Below, piece after piece: positions 25,110 to 35,632 of a stretch of DNA of 64,000 bases. The translations under genes were made by a program, and so were the position numbers. The notes beneath the pieces are model-generated. The model was given only the letters and a program-made list of their open reading frames with translations, did no database searches and was not told where the DNA came from. The stretch's first letter is position 1. Each line of letters begins with the position of its first letter. The stretch spans positions 199,456,001 to 199,520,000 of the forward strand of contig NC_086100.1 in NCBI RefSeq assembly GCF_963921235.1, written 5' to 3'. This stretch comes from Mobula hypostoma. Its lineage: Eukaryota.

Positions 25110-25340
25110 TCCAGAAATTCTGAAGATGCTGGAAATGCGGAGTAACACACACAAAATGCTGGAGAAACTCAGCAGGTCAAGTAGCATCTTTGGAGCTGAA
25201 TAAACAGTTGATGTTTCAGGCAGAGATGCCCTTATATATCCTGATGAACGGTCTTGGCCCAAAACCTCGAACTATTTCTTCCTCTTCGTAGATGCTACCT
25301 GAACTGCTGAGCTCCTCCAAAGCTTTGCGTGTGTTATTCG
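25110..25340. mobile_element. Old degenerate palindromic PLE-derived element
   Basis: aaatgctggagaaactcagcagg ... ctgctgagctcctcca inverted arms around ctgatgaacggtcttggcccaaaa. Confidence 0.6.
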
Positions 25341-25689
25341 TGTTACAATCTCAAGATGGAATGTGTTCTAATGTGGGATTCTGTCTGATAACTGGAGTTG
25401 GATTTCAAAATCTGCATCATGGTTTATTTTGTAAGTTTGTACAGAGGCAAGAAGAATTGTTTAACTTTTGAAGATCCAGTAAGCTGCCTTGATGGAAAAT
25501 GTACACAGCTGGCTCAGGATAAAGATTTTACTATTTATTTAAAAAGTAATTATAGTGTAATGCCAATATACATAGTTTATTCTAAAAATATGCTTTATTC
25601 ATTATATATAGTATGTAGTATATATATTATAAATAAGGTATATCATACTTTAAATATATAGTTTCTGGTGTATATAGTGTATATTTTTT

Positions 25690-28600
25690 ATGAAATCAGG
25701 ATCATGGGTTCAGTGACTGGGAAAAGAAGAGACACACTACTGGTTAGTAAATTAACTATTTATTTGCAGGACAAGACAGAAGCTAAACATACACACATTG
25801 GCCCTCTTTACTGCAGCACAGCTCCACTGTTTACCATTTCCGTGGCACTATCGACTACCCGGTCTGCAGCGACTCAGAGAGTGGAAAGAGGCCACATGGT
25901 TACTGTGTGCTAGATTTAAACACTACTGGCAACGTGCTGTCATCAGCTAAATGGTAGGTAGTGGGTAGGACTGCAATGCTCATTACATGGGCCAATCCCT
26001 GCCTCCCACAGGGGAGTGGCTTTCAATGAGTAGGTAATATCCCACCCCTCGAAAGACACAACATTGTGACACATAGCCCTCAGGCTTGTATAACCCCCTG
26101 TGGGGACCCCACAATACTGCACACAAAACATAACTGGGAGCCGCTGCTTTAACTAAATACCCCACCACGGTCGAGGTTAGACTATGATTCTCTGGTGAGC
26201 TGTCACTGTCGTGATAGATCCCTTTGACTAGATTACAGTGGCAAATGTCTCTAGTCCTTTCCTCCACTGTGTTCCATTCCTTCTGGCGTTGTAAATCCCA
26301 CTCAAAGAGGGATACCTGACCTTAACTACTGCTGTCACTCTGCCCCACAGCTATTCCTCACCCCCATGGAAGGTGGGTGACATTCTAAGGGCGTTGTTCA
26401 TCACATGATGGGACAACACCCTCCCCCACACCACCTCAGGGCACCCATCTCCCTGTTTGATAAGCTCATTCCAGCACTATCTGCACCACAGATCCTCAAC
26501 AGCCACATTAGCAGAGGATGTGCTATGGATCATGGTGTCATGGTGTCATGGATTCTTGATTACCTGACTGGCAGACCACAGTATGTGTGCTTGCAACACT
26601 GTGTGTCCGACAGACTGATCAGCAGCACTGGGGCTCCACAGGGGACTGTCTTGTCTCCCTTTCTCTTCACCATTTACACCTCGGACTTCAACTACTGCAC
26701 AGAGTCTTGTCATCTTCAGAAGTTTTCTGATGACTCTGTCATAGTTGAAAGTATCAGCAAGGGAGATGAGGCTGAGTACAGGGCTACGGCAGGAAACTTT
26801 GTCACATGGTGTGAGCAGAATTATCTGCAGCTTAATGTGAAAAAGACTAAGGAGCTGGTGGTAGACCTGAGGAGAGTTAAGGTTCCGGTGACCACTGTTT
26901 CCATCCAGGGGGTCGGTGTGGACATGGTGGAGGATTACAAATACCTGGGGATATGAATTGACAATAAACTGGACTGGTCAAAGAACACTGAGGCTGTCTA
27001 CAAGAAGGGTCAGAGCCGTCTCTATTTCCTGAGGAGACTGAGGTCCTTTAACATCTGCCGGCCGATGCTGAGGATGTTCTACGAGTCTGTGATGGCCAGT
27101 GCTATCATGTTTGCTGTTGTGTGCTGGGGCAGCAGGCTGAGGGTAGCAGACACCAACAGAATCAACAAACTCATTCGTAAGGCCAGTGATGTTGTGGGGA
27201 TGGAACTGGACTCTCTGATGGTGGTGTCTGAAAAGAGGATGCTGTCCAAGTTGCATGCCATCTTGGACAATGTCTCCCATCCACTACATAATGTACTGGG
27301 TGGGCACAGGAGTACGTTCAGCCAGAGACTCATTCCACCGAGATGCAACACAGAGCGTCATAGGAAGTCATTCCTGCCTGTGGCCATCAAACTTTACAAC
27401 TCCTTTCTTGGAGGGTCAGACACCCTAAGCCAATAGGCTGGTCCTGGACTTATTTCCTGGCATAATTTACATATTACTATTTAACTATTTATGGTTTTAT
27501 TACTATTTAATTATTTATGGTGCAACTGTAACAAAAACCAATTTCCCCCAGGATCAATAAAGTATAACTATGACTATGACTATGACTATGATTCCGCTGG
27601 CTTCTGCCTATACCTGTCTCCCAGCTCTACCAGTTCCTTTGCAGAGAGCTCCCTGATGGTAGTCATTTTGGTGAGGTCCATTGTGCTACCATCACCAGGT
27701 CCCTCTGCCCTAACCCGCTGCTCTTCTTCACCTTGTTCCATGGAGTCTGGAGGGACAATGGGCTGGTGGACCCCTTGCCAGTTCTGGGATGGTGTGGCCT
27801 CCGGTCTGGCCTGTACTGGTGCAGCCACATAAGGCAAAAGGTGCTCACTTAGAGGGAGAAACCCAAGGCTCTCTTCTAACCTCTCTCCCCATCCTCACTA
27901 TCTAACCACATGTCCACATTCCCCATCCATGTGTCGAATTCGCCTCCCCACAACATAAGGGATGGACCTGCGGGCGGCCTCTAGCTACCGCACCTTCACT
28001 GGCCAACAGGCCACCTCTGTGCTCTTATCCTCTAACTCTAACCCAAATGTGTGCTGACTGGGCAACCTCTCCCGTGGTAACACATCGCTGATTTAGCAAC
28101 TCCATTCCTTCATTCCTCATACTACCTCTTTCTCCTTCTGTGAAATTGTCTCATGTTGCTGTCTTACTTTGGCTGCCAGCAGCCAGAAGGCACCCGTCTG
28201 GTTCCCCTAGCTCTTGGGGAGTCCTACCTTAATATGCACTGACACAATGTGGTGTTCCATTTTCACCCTGCCGAAGTCCAACTTGTCTGACCAGTCTATG
28301 GACATCCATAGCCACTGTTGTTGGTCCAACCTAGGACTCGGCACCCCTCGCAAGAGGGGGGTTCTCTCTCTTATTTTTCCTTCTAAAGATATTCAGCTTA
28401 TGTTCAATCACTGCACCTTGCTTGCAGCTCCAATTGTTGTGTGAAATCGGACTCACAGGTTCAGAAAGTGGGGCAGAAGAGACTCACTACTGATTAGTAG
28501 GTTGGCTATTCATTTACGGGACAAAACAGTCACTGAACATTCAGTAAGCCCGTCACGCTGCGCTTGATTACAAATACATATCTAAACTGAGCACCTGAAC

Positions 28601-28905
28601 TGGCAGGACAAGACAGACACTAAACATACTGTTCACGCTGGCAAATACTTATCTAAAGTGTGTGCTGGGCCCTCTTTACTGCAACACACTACACTGTTTA
28701 CTGTTTCCATGGCGTCCTCACCCTCCTAGTCCATGGCAACCCAGAGAGCGAAAAGTGATGTGTGTTTTAAACTCTACCACCACCATGACAGCATCAACTA
28801 AATGGCAATTAGTGAGAGAGGCTGCTCCTTACACAGGCCATTGCTCCTTATACGGGCCAATCCCCACTTCCCATGGGGGAGTGACTTTCAATGAGTGGAG
28901 TTAGA
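25690..28905 (-). mobile_element. Decayed LTR element with ERV-L-like (class III) gag remnant, interrupted by Rex1
   Basis: Two diverged LTR-like repeats (~25690-25990 and ~28436-28832); ...CAACA-ATTGG PBS-like junction; gag-like RELSAKELVELGDRYRQKPAES|LLMWLLRI across the Rex1 insertion. Confidence 0.55.
26530..27590 (+). mobile_element. Rex1/Babar LINE 3' fragment
   Basis: [53 protein letters not shown] then (tatgac)n tail. Confidence 0.88.
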
Positions 28906-28937
28906 CACTTACTGCAATAGTATGTAGTGTACAGAAC

Positions 28938-29200
28938 ACTCAGTGGTTGTATTTTTGTCTGTTCATGATCTTCTGCTGCTTTAGCCATTCCACTTCAAGG
29001 TTTGACATGTTGTGCATTCAGAGATGCTCTTCTGCACACCACTGTTGTACCACATGGTTATTTGAGCTCCGGTCCCCTCTCTGTCAGCTTGAACCAGTCT
29101 GGCCATTTTCCTTTGATCTCTGTCATTAACGAAGTGTTTTTGCCCACAGAACTGCCTCTCACTGGATGATTTTTGTTCTTCGCACCATTCTTCATAAACT
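28938..29200 (-). mobile_element. Tc1-like transposon remnant
   Basis: SRVYEEWCEEQKSSSERQFCGQK..RKMARLVQADR, same family as 29729-30274. Confidence 0.7.
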
Positions 29201-29409
29201 CGAGATGTGAGGCAGAATCTACAGAAGGAAATAAATGTCAATGTTTCAGTTCCCAAGCCCTTCATCAACTAAATCTTGTTTAATTTCTGTAACTTCTTCT
29301 TCATTAGTCTTGATTAGCAACACATTCCAGTGTATTCCGATAAAAACGTGACAAATAAAGTTAGTTTCAATCTCTAGATTACTGTTTGGAATTTCGTTCT
29401 TATTTTCAG

Positions 29410-29512
29410 TCCAGCGAAGGCACATCCTGGATGTCCACAGCTAAGGCCGGAGGTGAGGATCTTGTTGGAGGGAAAAGAACAGGCTGTGCTGGTGTTTTGG
29501 GAAACTATCCAG
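29410..29512 (+). CDS. SPEF1: Penultimate exon of a SPEF1-like gene (possibly a pseudogene)
   Basis: ttattttcag acceptor, AG|gtagga donor; PAKAHPGCPQLRPEVRILLEGKEQAVLVFWETIQ resembles SPEF1 QIAEKEQELLASQETVQ as I recall it. Confidence 0.65.
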
Positions 29513-29728
29513 GTAGGAACACAAGGAGCATTTCCTTCATACGTATGTTTTCATGCAACTCGGTTATGTTTACCTTAACACAATCTGATCGTATGTTTTT
29601 GTATTCCCAAAATGGTCTGCTGACTAAAATCTATCACCTCAGTTGCCTTGTCTCTGTGAGTGCAGTCTCTTCTTGTTGGCTAGCCAGGTGGCCCAGCTCA
29701 ATCAGTGTACCCTTTCTCCATTTCTTCC

Positions 29729-30274
29729 CAGTGGCCACTTTATTCAGAACACCTGCTCGTTAATGCAAATATCTAATCAGCCAATCATGTGGCAGCAACT
29801 CAATGTATAAAAGCAGGCAGACATGGTCAAGAGGTTCAGTTGTTGTTCAAACAAAAATAAAAATCAGAATGGTGAAGGAATGTGATGTAAGTGACTTTGA
29901 TGTTGGTGCCAAATGGGTTTGGTTTGAGTATCTCAGAAACTGCTGACCTCCTGGGATTTTTAAGCACGACGGTCTCTAGAATTGACAGAGAACGGTTCGA
30001 AGAACACAAAAACATTCGTTGTGCGGCTCTTCTGTAGACAGAAATGTTGTCTTAATGCGAGAGGTTGGATGAGAATGGCCGCGGTGGTTCAAGCTGACAG
30101 AAAGGCGGCAGTAACTCTAATAACCAGGCGTAACTACAGTGCTGTATCGAAGTGCATCTCTGAATTCACGACATGTTGAACCTCGAAGTGGTCAGCAGCA
30201 GAAAACCATGAACGTACACTCAGTGGCCTCTTTATTATGTACAGGAGATAGCTAAAAAAGTGGCCACTGTGTAT
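29729..30274 (+). mobile_element. Non-autonomous Tc1-like element
   Basis: TIRs cagtggccacttt / aaagtggccactg; decayed transposase HTH region (LSISETADLLGF). Confidence 0.8.
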
Positions 30275-30374
30275 AAATTTATATAGGTACATAACTATGC
30301 AGGGAATGGAGGGGATCATGTGCAGGCATACGGGATTATTGAATGAATGAATGGATTGACTTTATTACTTAGAT

Positions 30375-31416
30375 CAGGGATGGCCAACCTAAGGCGCATG
30401 TGTCAAAAGTGGCACACTGGATGATTAGAAGGGGCACATTGCACCCCAGTGATAATAATAAAAAAGTAAGCCTACTCATGCAAAAAGTATTAACCAAAAA
30501 CCGATTTGTAGAAAAAAAATCTATAACAGGAATTCAAGTAGCTTAGAGCTAGAAATGGGTTTTACTGAAAATAAATCTAAAACTCAGCAATTATTTTTAG
30601 CGATTTTATTATTTCGTGCACATCTTTTGGTGAATGTTTTCTTCTTTCACATTAATCTGTTTTCAAGTTTAAAAAAATGTTCAGTGAATCAAACTAGGAA
30701 AGAAGGACTTTTGTTCTGCACTGGTTCCATAACCGTTCAATACACATTTGATACTTGTTTGATCCTGACGTGCCAGGCGTCTCCACCAGCGGTGCGTCGC
30801 AGGTTTTTGCCAGTCGGTTTGCAATTGACACTCGTGCGCTCCGGAGTTGTGCTCTGTTTGTCCTTTGTGAACATTTGCAGTTTTGTCCTGTTTTGAAAAT
30901 TAAGCCTTGATTTTACATTCAGTTACCCATCACAGTGCAAAAGGAAATGAGCAAAAGAAAAGCAGGAAGTGATAGTAAGCATGAATTCAATGAACGGTGG
31001 GAAAACGAGTTTCTTATTTATAGCGGGTCCGTCAGGAAAACCATTGTGCATTGTTTGTGAAAACACTTTCTCACATAATAGAAGACATGATCTTAATAGA
31101 CGCTATAAAACACAACATTAGACTGAAATAGAAGGAAAACTGAAGCTGGTGCTTGGGTCTGAGTTACGGAAAGAATATGTGATTAAGAAAAAGGAAGAAA
31201 TCAAAAGAAGACAAAATATATTTGTTAAAAGTCTCATTAAGGTAAGTAATGTTTATCTTGTTTTTATATTAAATCAATATATCATGTAAAAATGCTAAAT
31301 ATGTCTATATTAACATATTTTTACAAGAATTGAATGGAGTACAAGAGTTGTATGGCGCATCTGAACTCGTGCGTGAAAAAATTGATGCGTGGAATGTAAA
31401 AGGTTGGCCACCCCTG
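30375..31416 (+). mobile_element. Non-autonomous hAT (Charlie-like) transposon with a BED-type zinc-finger remnant
   Basis: TIRs cagggatggccaacct / aggttggccacccctg; 8-bp TSD acttagat / acctagat; MSKRK..FNERWENEF..KPLCIVC..LNRRYKTQH from ~30947. Confidence 0.88.
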
Positions 31417-31613
31417 ACCTAGATCCTTCATATGCATGAGCAGTAAAAATCTTACGCTATGTCTCCATCTAAATGTGCAATGTGCAATTTGTAGTAATTT
31501 GTAATAAATAGTGGGTACAACAGAACAGTCAATATAACATAGAAATATGATTGTATCAGTGTGAATTAAGCAGTCTGATGGCCTGGTGGAAGAAGCTGGC
31601 CCAGAGCCTATAG

Positions 31614-31802
31614 GCAACACACATCAAAGTTGCTGGTGAACGCAGCAGGCCAGGCAGCATCTCTAGGAAGAGGCACAGTCGACGTTTCAGGCCAAACGTC
31701 GACTTAACCACTTCCTAGAGATGCTGCCTGGCCTGCTGCGTTCACCAGCAACTTTGATATGTGTTGCTCGAATTTCCAGTATCTGCAGAATTCCTCTTGT
31801 TT
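31614..31802. mobile_element. Short palindromic PLE-derived insertion
   Basis: gcaacacacatcaaagttgctggtgaacgc...gtcgacgttt mirrored by aaacgtcgac...gcgttcaccagcaactttgatatgtgttgc plus tail. Confidence 0.85.
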
Positions 31803-33124
31803 CCGGCTTTATAGGTTCTGGCTTTAATGCTGCGAAACCCGTTTCCTGGATAGTAACAGCTGGAACAGTTTGTGGTTGGGGTGACTCTGGTCCCCAATGA
31901 TCCTTCGGGCCCTTTTTACACACCTGTCTTTGTAAATGTCCTGAATAGTGGGAAATTCACATCTACAGATGGGCTGGGCTGTCTGCACTACTCTCTGCAG
32001 AATCCTGTGATTAAGGGAGGTACAGTTCCCATACCAGGCAGTGATGCAGCTAGTCAGGATGCTCTCAATTGTGCCCCTGTAGAAAGTTCTTAGGATCTGG
32101 GGGCCCATACCAAACTTCCTCAGCTGTCTGAGGTGTAAGAGGTGCCTTTTTCACCACACAGCCGGTATGTACAGACCATGTGAGATCCTCAGTGATGTTT
32201 ATGCTGAGGAACTTAAAGCTGTTCACCCTCTCAATCCCAGATCAATTGATGTCAATAGGAGCTAGCCTGTCTCCATTCCTCCTGTAGTCCACAACTAGCT
32301 CCTTTGTTTTTGCGACATTAAGGGAGAGGTTGTTTTCTTGACACCACTGTGTCAGGGTGATGACTTCTTCTCTGTAGGCTGCCTCATTATTATTTGAGAT
32401 TAGGCCAATCAATGCAGTATTGTCAGCAAATATAATTAGCAGATTGGAGCTGTGGGTGGCGACACAGTCATGGGTATACAGAGAGTAAAGGAGGGGGCTT
32501 AGAACACAGCCCTGAGGGGCACCTGTGTTGAGGGTCAGAGGGGCAGAGGTGAGGGAGCCCACTCTTACCCCCTTCCGGCGATCTGACAGGAAGTCCAGGA
32601 TCCAGCTACGCAAGGCAGGGTGAAGGCCGAGGTCTCTGAGCTCCTTGTTGAGCCTGGAGGGAATTATGGTGTTGAATGCTGAACTCCAGTCCAAGAACAG
32701 CATTCTCACATGAGCATCCTTCTTCTCGAGATGTTTAAGGACAGTGTGTAGAGCAGTGGCTATTGTGTCATCTGTCGATCGGATGTGTCAGTAGGTGAAT
32801 TGTAGGGGGTCCAGTGTGGGTGGCAGCAAGTTGCAGATGTAATCCTTGACCAGCCTCTCAAAGCAGTTGCTTATTACTGAGGTGAGTGCAACAGGACACC
32901 AGTCGTTCAGACATGTTACTTTGATCTTTTTAGTTTTGGATTAATACCTTGGATTAGTTTTCATTTGGTATCACTTGCAGCACAGATGACATGGAACAGA
33001 GGGCCTGGTCCTGTGCTATACCGTTGTGTGTGCTTTGGTAACTGTGGTGTTATGGTAGACCTGAGGCACGATGTCAAGGATGTGATTTTCAACTTCTCCT
33101 GAATATTATGTTTCGATCCCTCAG

Positions 33125-33217
33125 GTGAAAATCCGCCGTCTTGAGCATCTTCTCCACTTGAAAGATGTCCAAATTGATGGTCTTACTCGTTGCCTACAGC
33201 AAGCTGAACAGAGATGA
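33125..33217 (+). CDS. SPEF1: Terminal exon of the SPEF1-like gene (coiled-coil C-terminus)
   Basis: VKIRRLEHLLHLKDVQIDGLTRCLQQAEQR* closely resembles the SPEF1 C-terminus MKVRRLEHLLQLKNVRIEDLSRRLQQAERK; phase 0, compatible with 29410-29512. Confidence 0.8.
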   Translation: MKIRRLEHLLHLKDVQIDGLTRCLQQAEQR

Positions 33218-33405
33218 AAGGCCTTCGCCCTCTCTTCCACTCCAAGCTTGTCATGACAAACTAGTCAAAGTGTTTCTTTTTTTCAGATATGGTTTAAAAA
33301 ATTAATAATGAAAATTAAAATGAGTCTCTGATACTTAGCAACTTGTCAGAAATATATAGCAGTCACACACATATAAAAAACAAGAAGTACGGGAGGTATT
33401 CAGCA

Positions 33406-33618
33406 CACAAGAGATGCTAGAAACTTTGAGCAACATATGCAAAATGTGGAGGAACCCAGCAGGACAGGCAGCATTTGTGAAAGGGAATAAACAGTCGATG
33501 TTTTTCATCAAGACCCTTCATTCGGTCCCAATGAAAGGTTTCAGGCTGAAACATTAACTGTTTATTCCTGTCCATAGATGCTGCCTGTCTTGCTGTGTTC
33601 CACCACCACTTTGTGAGT
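33406..33618. mobile_element. Old degenerate palindromic PLE-derived element
   Basis: Inverted arms around cccttcatt..aatgaaagg; flanks ggaggtattcagca / ggagatattcaaca resemble a decayed TSD. Confidence 0.6.
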
Positions 33619-34129
33619 GGAGATATTCAACAGTACAAGCAGCATCTATGGAGGAGAATAAACTATCAACATTTTGGGCCAAGACCCTACATCAGGACTG
33701 TTTATTCCTTTTCATAGATACTGCCTGACTTGCAGTACAGGCAGCATCCACGGAGAGAGAAAATATAGGGATAGAATTACAGGATGATAGCTTGTCATTA
33801 GAACTGGCTTTTACATGCCAGGTAGGAAGACGAGGTGACTTTTCTCAGGCTTGTGATGGGTCGAGTCTTACTGGAACCACGCAGGAGGCTGAAAGAGAGA
33901 GAAGTAAAGGAGGCACAAGACACCACAGATCTCACCTTTCCCTCCTACGAAGCCCATAATCCTCCATTTGTCTTTCATCCATGTGTCTATCTGAGTCATT
34001 TAATCTCCCTAATGAATCAGCCTCTACCACCACCCTGAGCAGTGTATTCCACGCACTCACCACTCTCTGTGTAGTAAAGCTTACCTCTAACGTCTCCCTT
34101 ATACTTCCCTCCACTTACCTTAAAAGAAT

Positions 34130-34510
34130 CGTTCATTATGTGCCATGTTGTATGACATAGGCAATCATTGTCTTTCCACAACCATGGTTGTTCTTGGCAA
34201 TTTTTTCTGCAGAAGTGGTTTGCCATTGCCTTCTCCTGAGTGGTGTCTTTACAAGACTGGTGACCCCAGCCATTATCAATACTCTTCAGTGATTGTCTGC
34301 CTGGCAACAGTGGTCGCATAAGCAGGACTTATGATATACACCAGCTGCTCAAACAACCATCCACCATCTGCTCCCATGACTTCACATGACCCTGATCGGG
34401 GGTGAATGCAGGTACCACAACTTGCCCAAAGATGACCTGCAGGCTAGTGGAAGGAAGGAGTACTTGACACCTCCTTTGGCAGAGACGTGCCTCCAACCGA
34501 TCACCCCACT
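34130..34510 (-). mobile_element. Short interspersed repeat with RTE-like 3' end (other copies ~37150-37500, ~51790-52077, ~53480-53550)
   Basis: Shared gacactgcccagaagaaggcaatggcaaaccacttctgtagaaaa block in four places. Confidence 0.6.
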
Positions 34511-34996
34511 TAGAAAGATATCCTCTGGAATTAGCCAATGCTGCCCTGGGTAAAAGGGGCCTACTGTCCATTCTACCTATGTCTTGTATTATCTTCTACG
34601 CCTCTATCAAGTCACCTTTGCTCCAAAGAGGAAAGTTCTAGTTTGCTCAATTTTCCCTTATATGACATGTCCTCTAATCCAAGCAGCATGCTGGTAAATC
34701 TCTTCTGCATCCTCTCTAAAGCTTCCACATCCTTCCTATAATGAAGCAACCATAACTGCAAGAAAACAGCTTTACCCCTGTCTCCAGGCTGCTCCTCAGC
34801 ACTCTTCTTAACATGTGTACTAAAGACTGAACCTTCATTGTGTCATTGTTCACTTGTTGACTTCCAGCAAGTGTACATTTATCAATTATTTGACTGGATA
34901 GCCCGGAGCTCGAGCACTGCAACAGTTGTTGCAAAAGCAGAGACTGGCTCTTTCTCTGTGATCTCATCCACTCAGAGTTAATAGGGATCCATGCTC

Positions 34997-35632
34997 ATTT
35001 ATAGCGAGAGGATTTGAGTACAGGAGCAGGGAGGTACTACTGCAGTTGTACAAGGCCTTGGTGAGACCACACCTGGAGTATTGTGTGCAGTTTTGGTCCC
35101 CTAATCTGAGGAAAGACATCTTTGCCATAGAGGGAGTACAAAGAAGGTTCACCAGATTGATTCCTGGGATGGCAGGTCTTTCATATGAAGAAAGACTGGA
35201 TGAACTGGGCTTGTACTCGTTGGAATTTAGAAGATTGAGGGGGGATCTGATTGAAACGTATAAGATCCTAAAGGAATTGGACAGGCTAGATGTGGGAAGA
35301 TTGTTCCCGATGTTGGGGAGGTCCAGAACGAGGGGTCACAGTTTGAGGATAGAGGGGAAGCCTTTTAGGACCGAGATTAGGAAAAACTTTTTCACACAGA
35401 GAGTGGTGAATCTGTGGAATTCTCTGCCACAGCAAGCTGTTGAGGCCAGTTCATTGGCTATGTTTAAGAGGGAGTTAGATATGGCCCTTGTGGCTACAGG
35501 GGTCAGGGGGTATGGAGGGAAGGCTGGGTTCTGAGTTGGATGATCAGCCATGATCGTAATAAATGGCGGTGCAGGCTCGAAGGGCCGAATGGCCTACTCC
35601 TGTACCTATTTTCTATGTTTCTATGTTTCTAT
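34997..35632 (+). mobile_element. Young CR1 3' fragment
   Basis: Near-identical to ~42488-43120; (ttctatgt)n tail. Confidence 0.9.

Larger units (their letters stand above)
30340..32930 (-). mobile_element. Rex1/Babar LINE fragment hosting a hAT element and a PLE palindrome
   Basis: [53 protein letters not shown]; 3' AATAAA and (attc)n at ~30340-30365. Confidence 0.85.
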
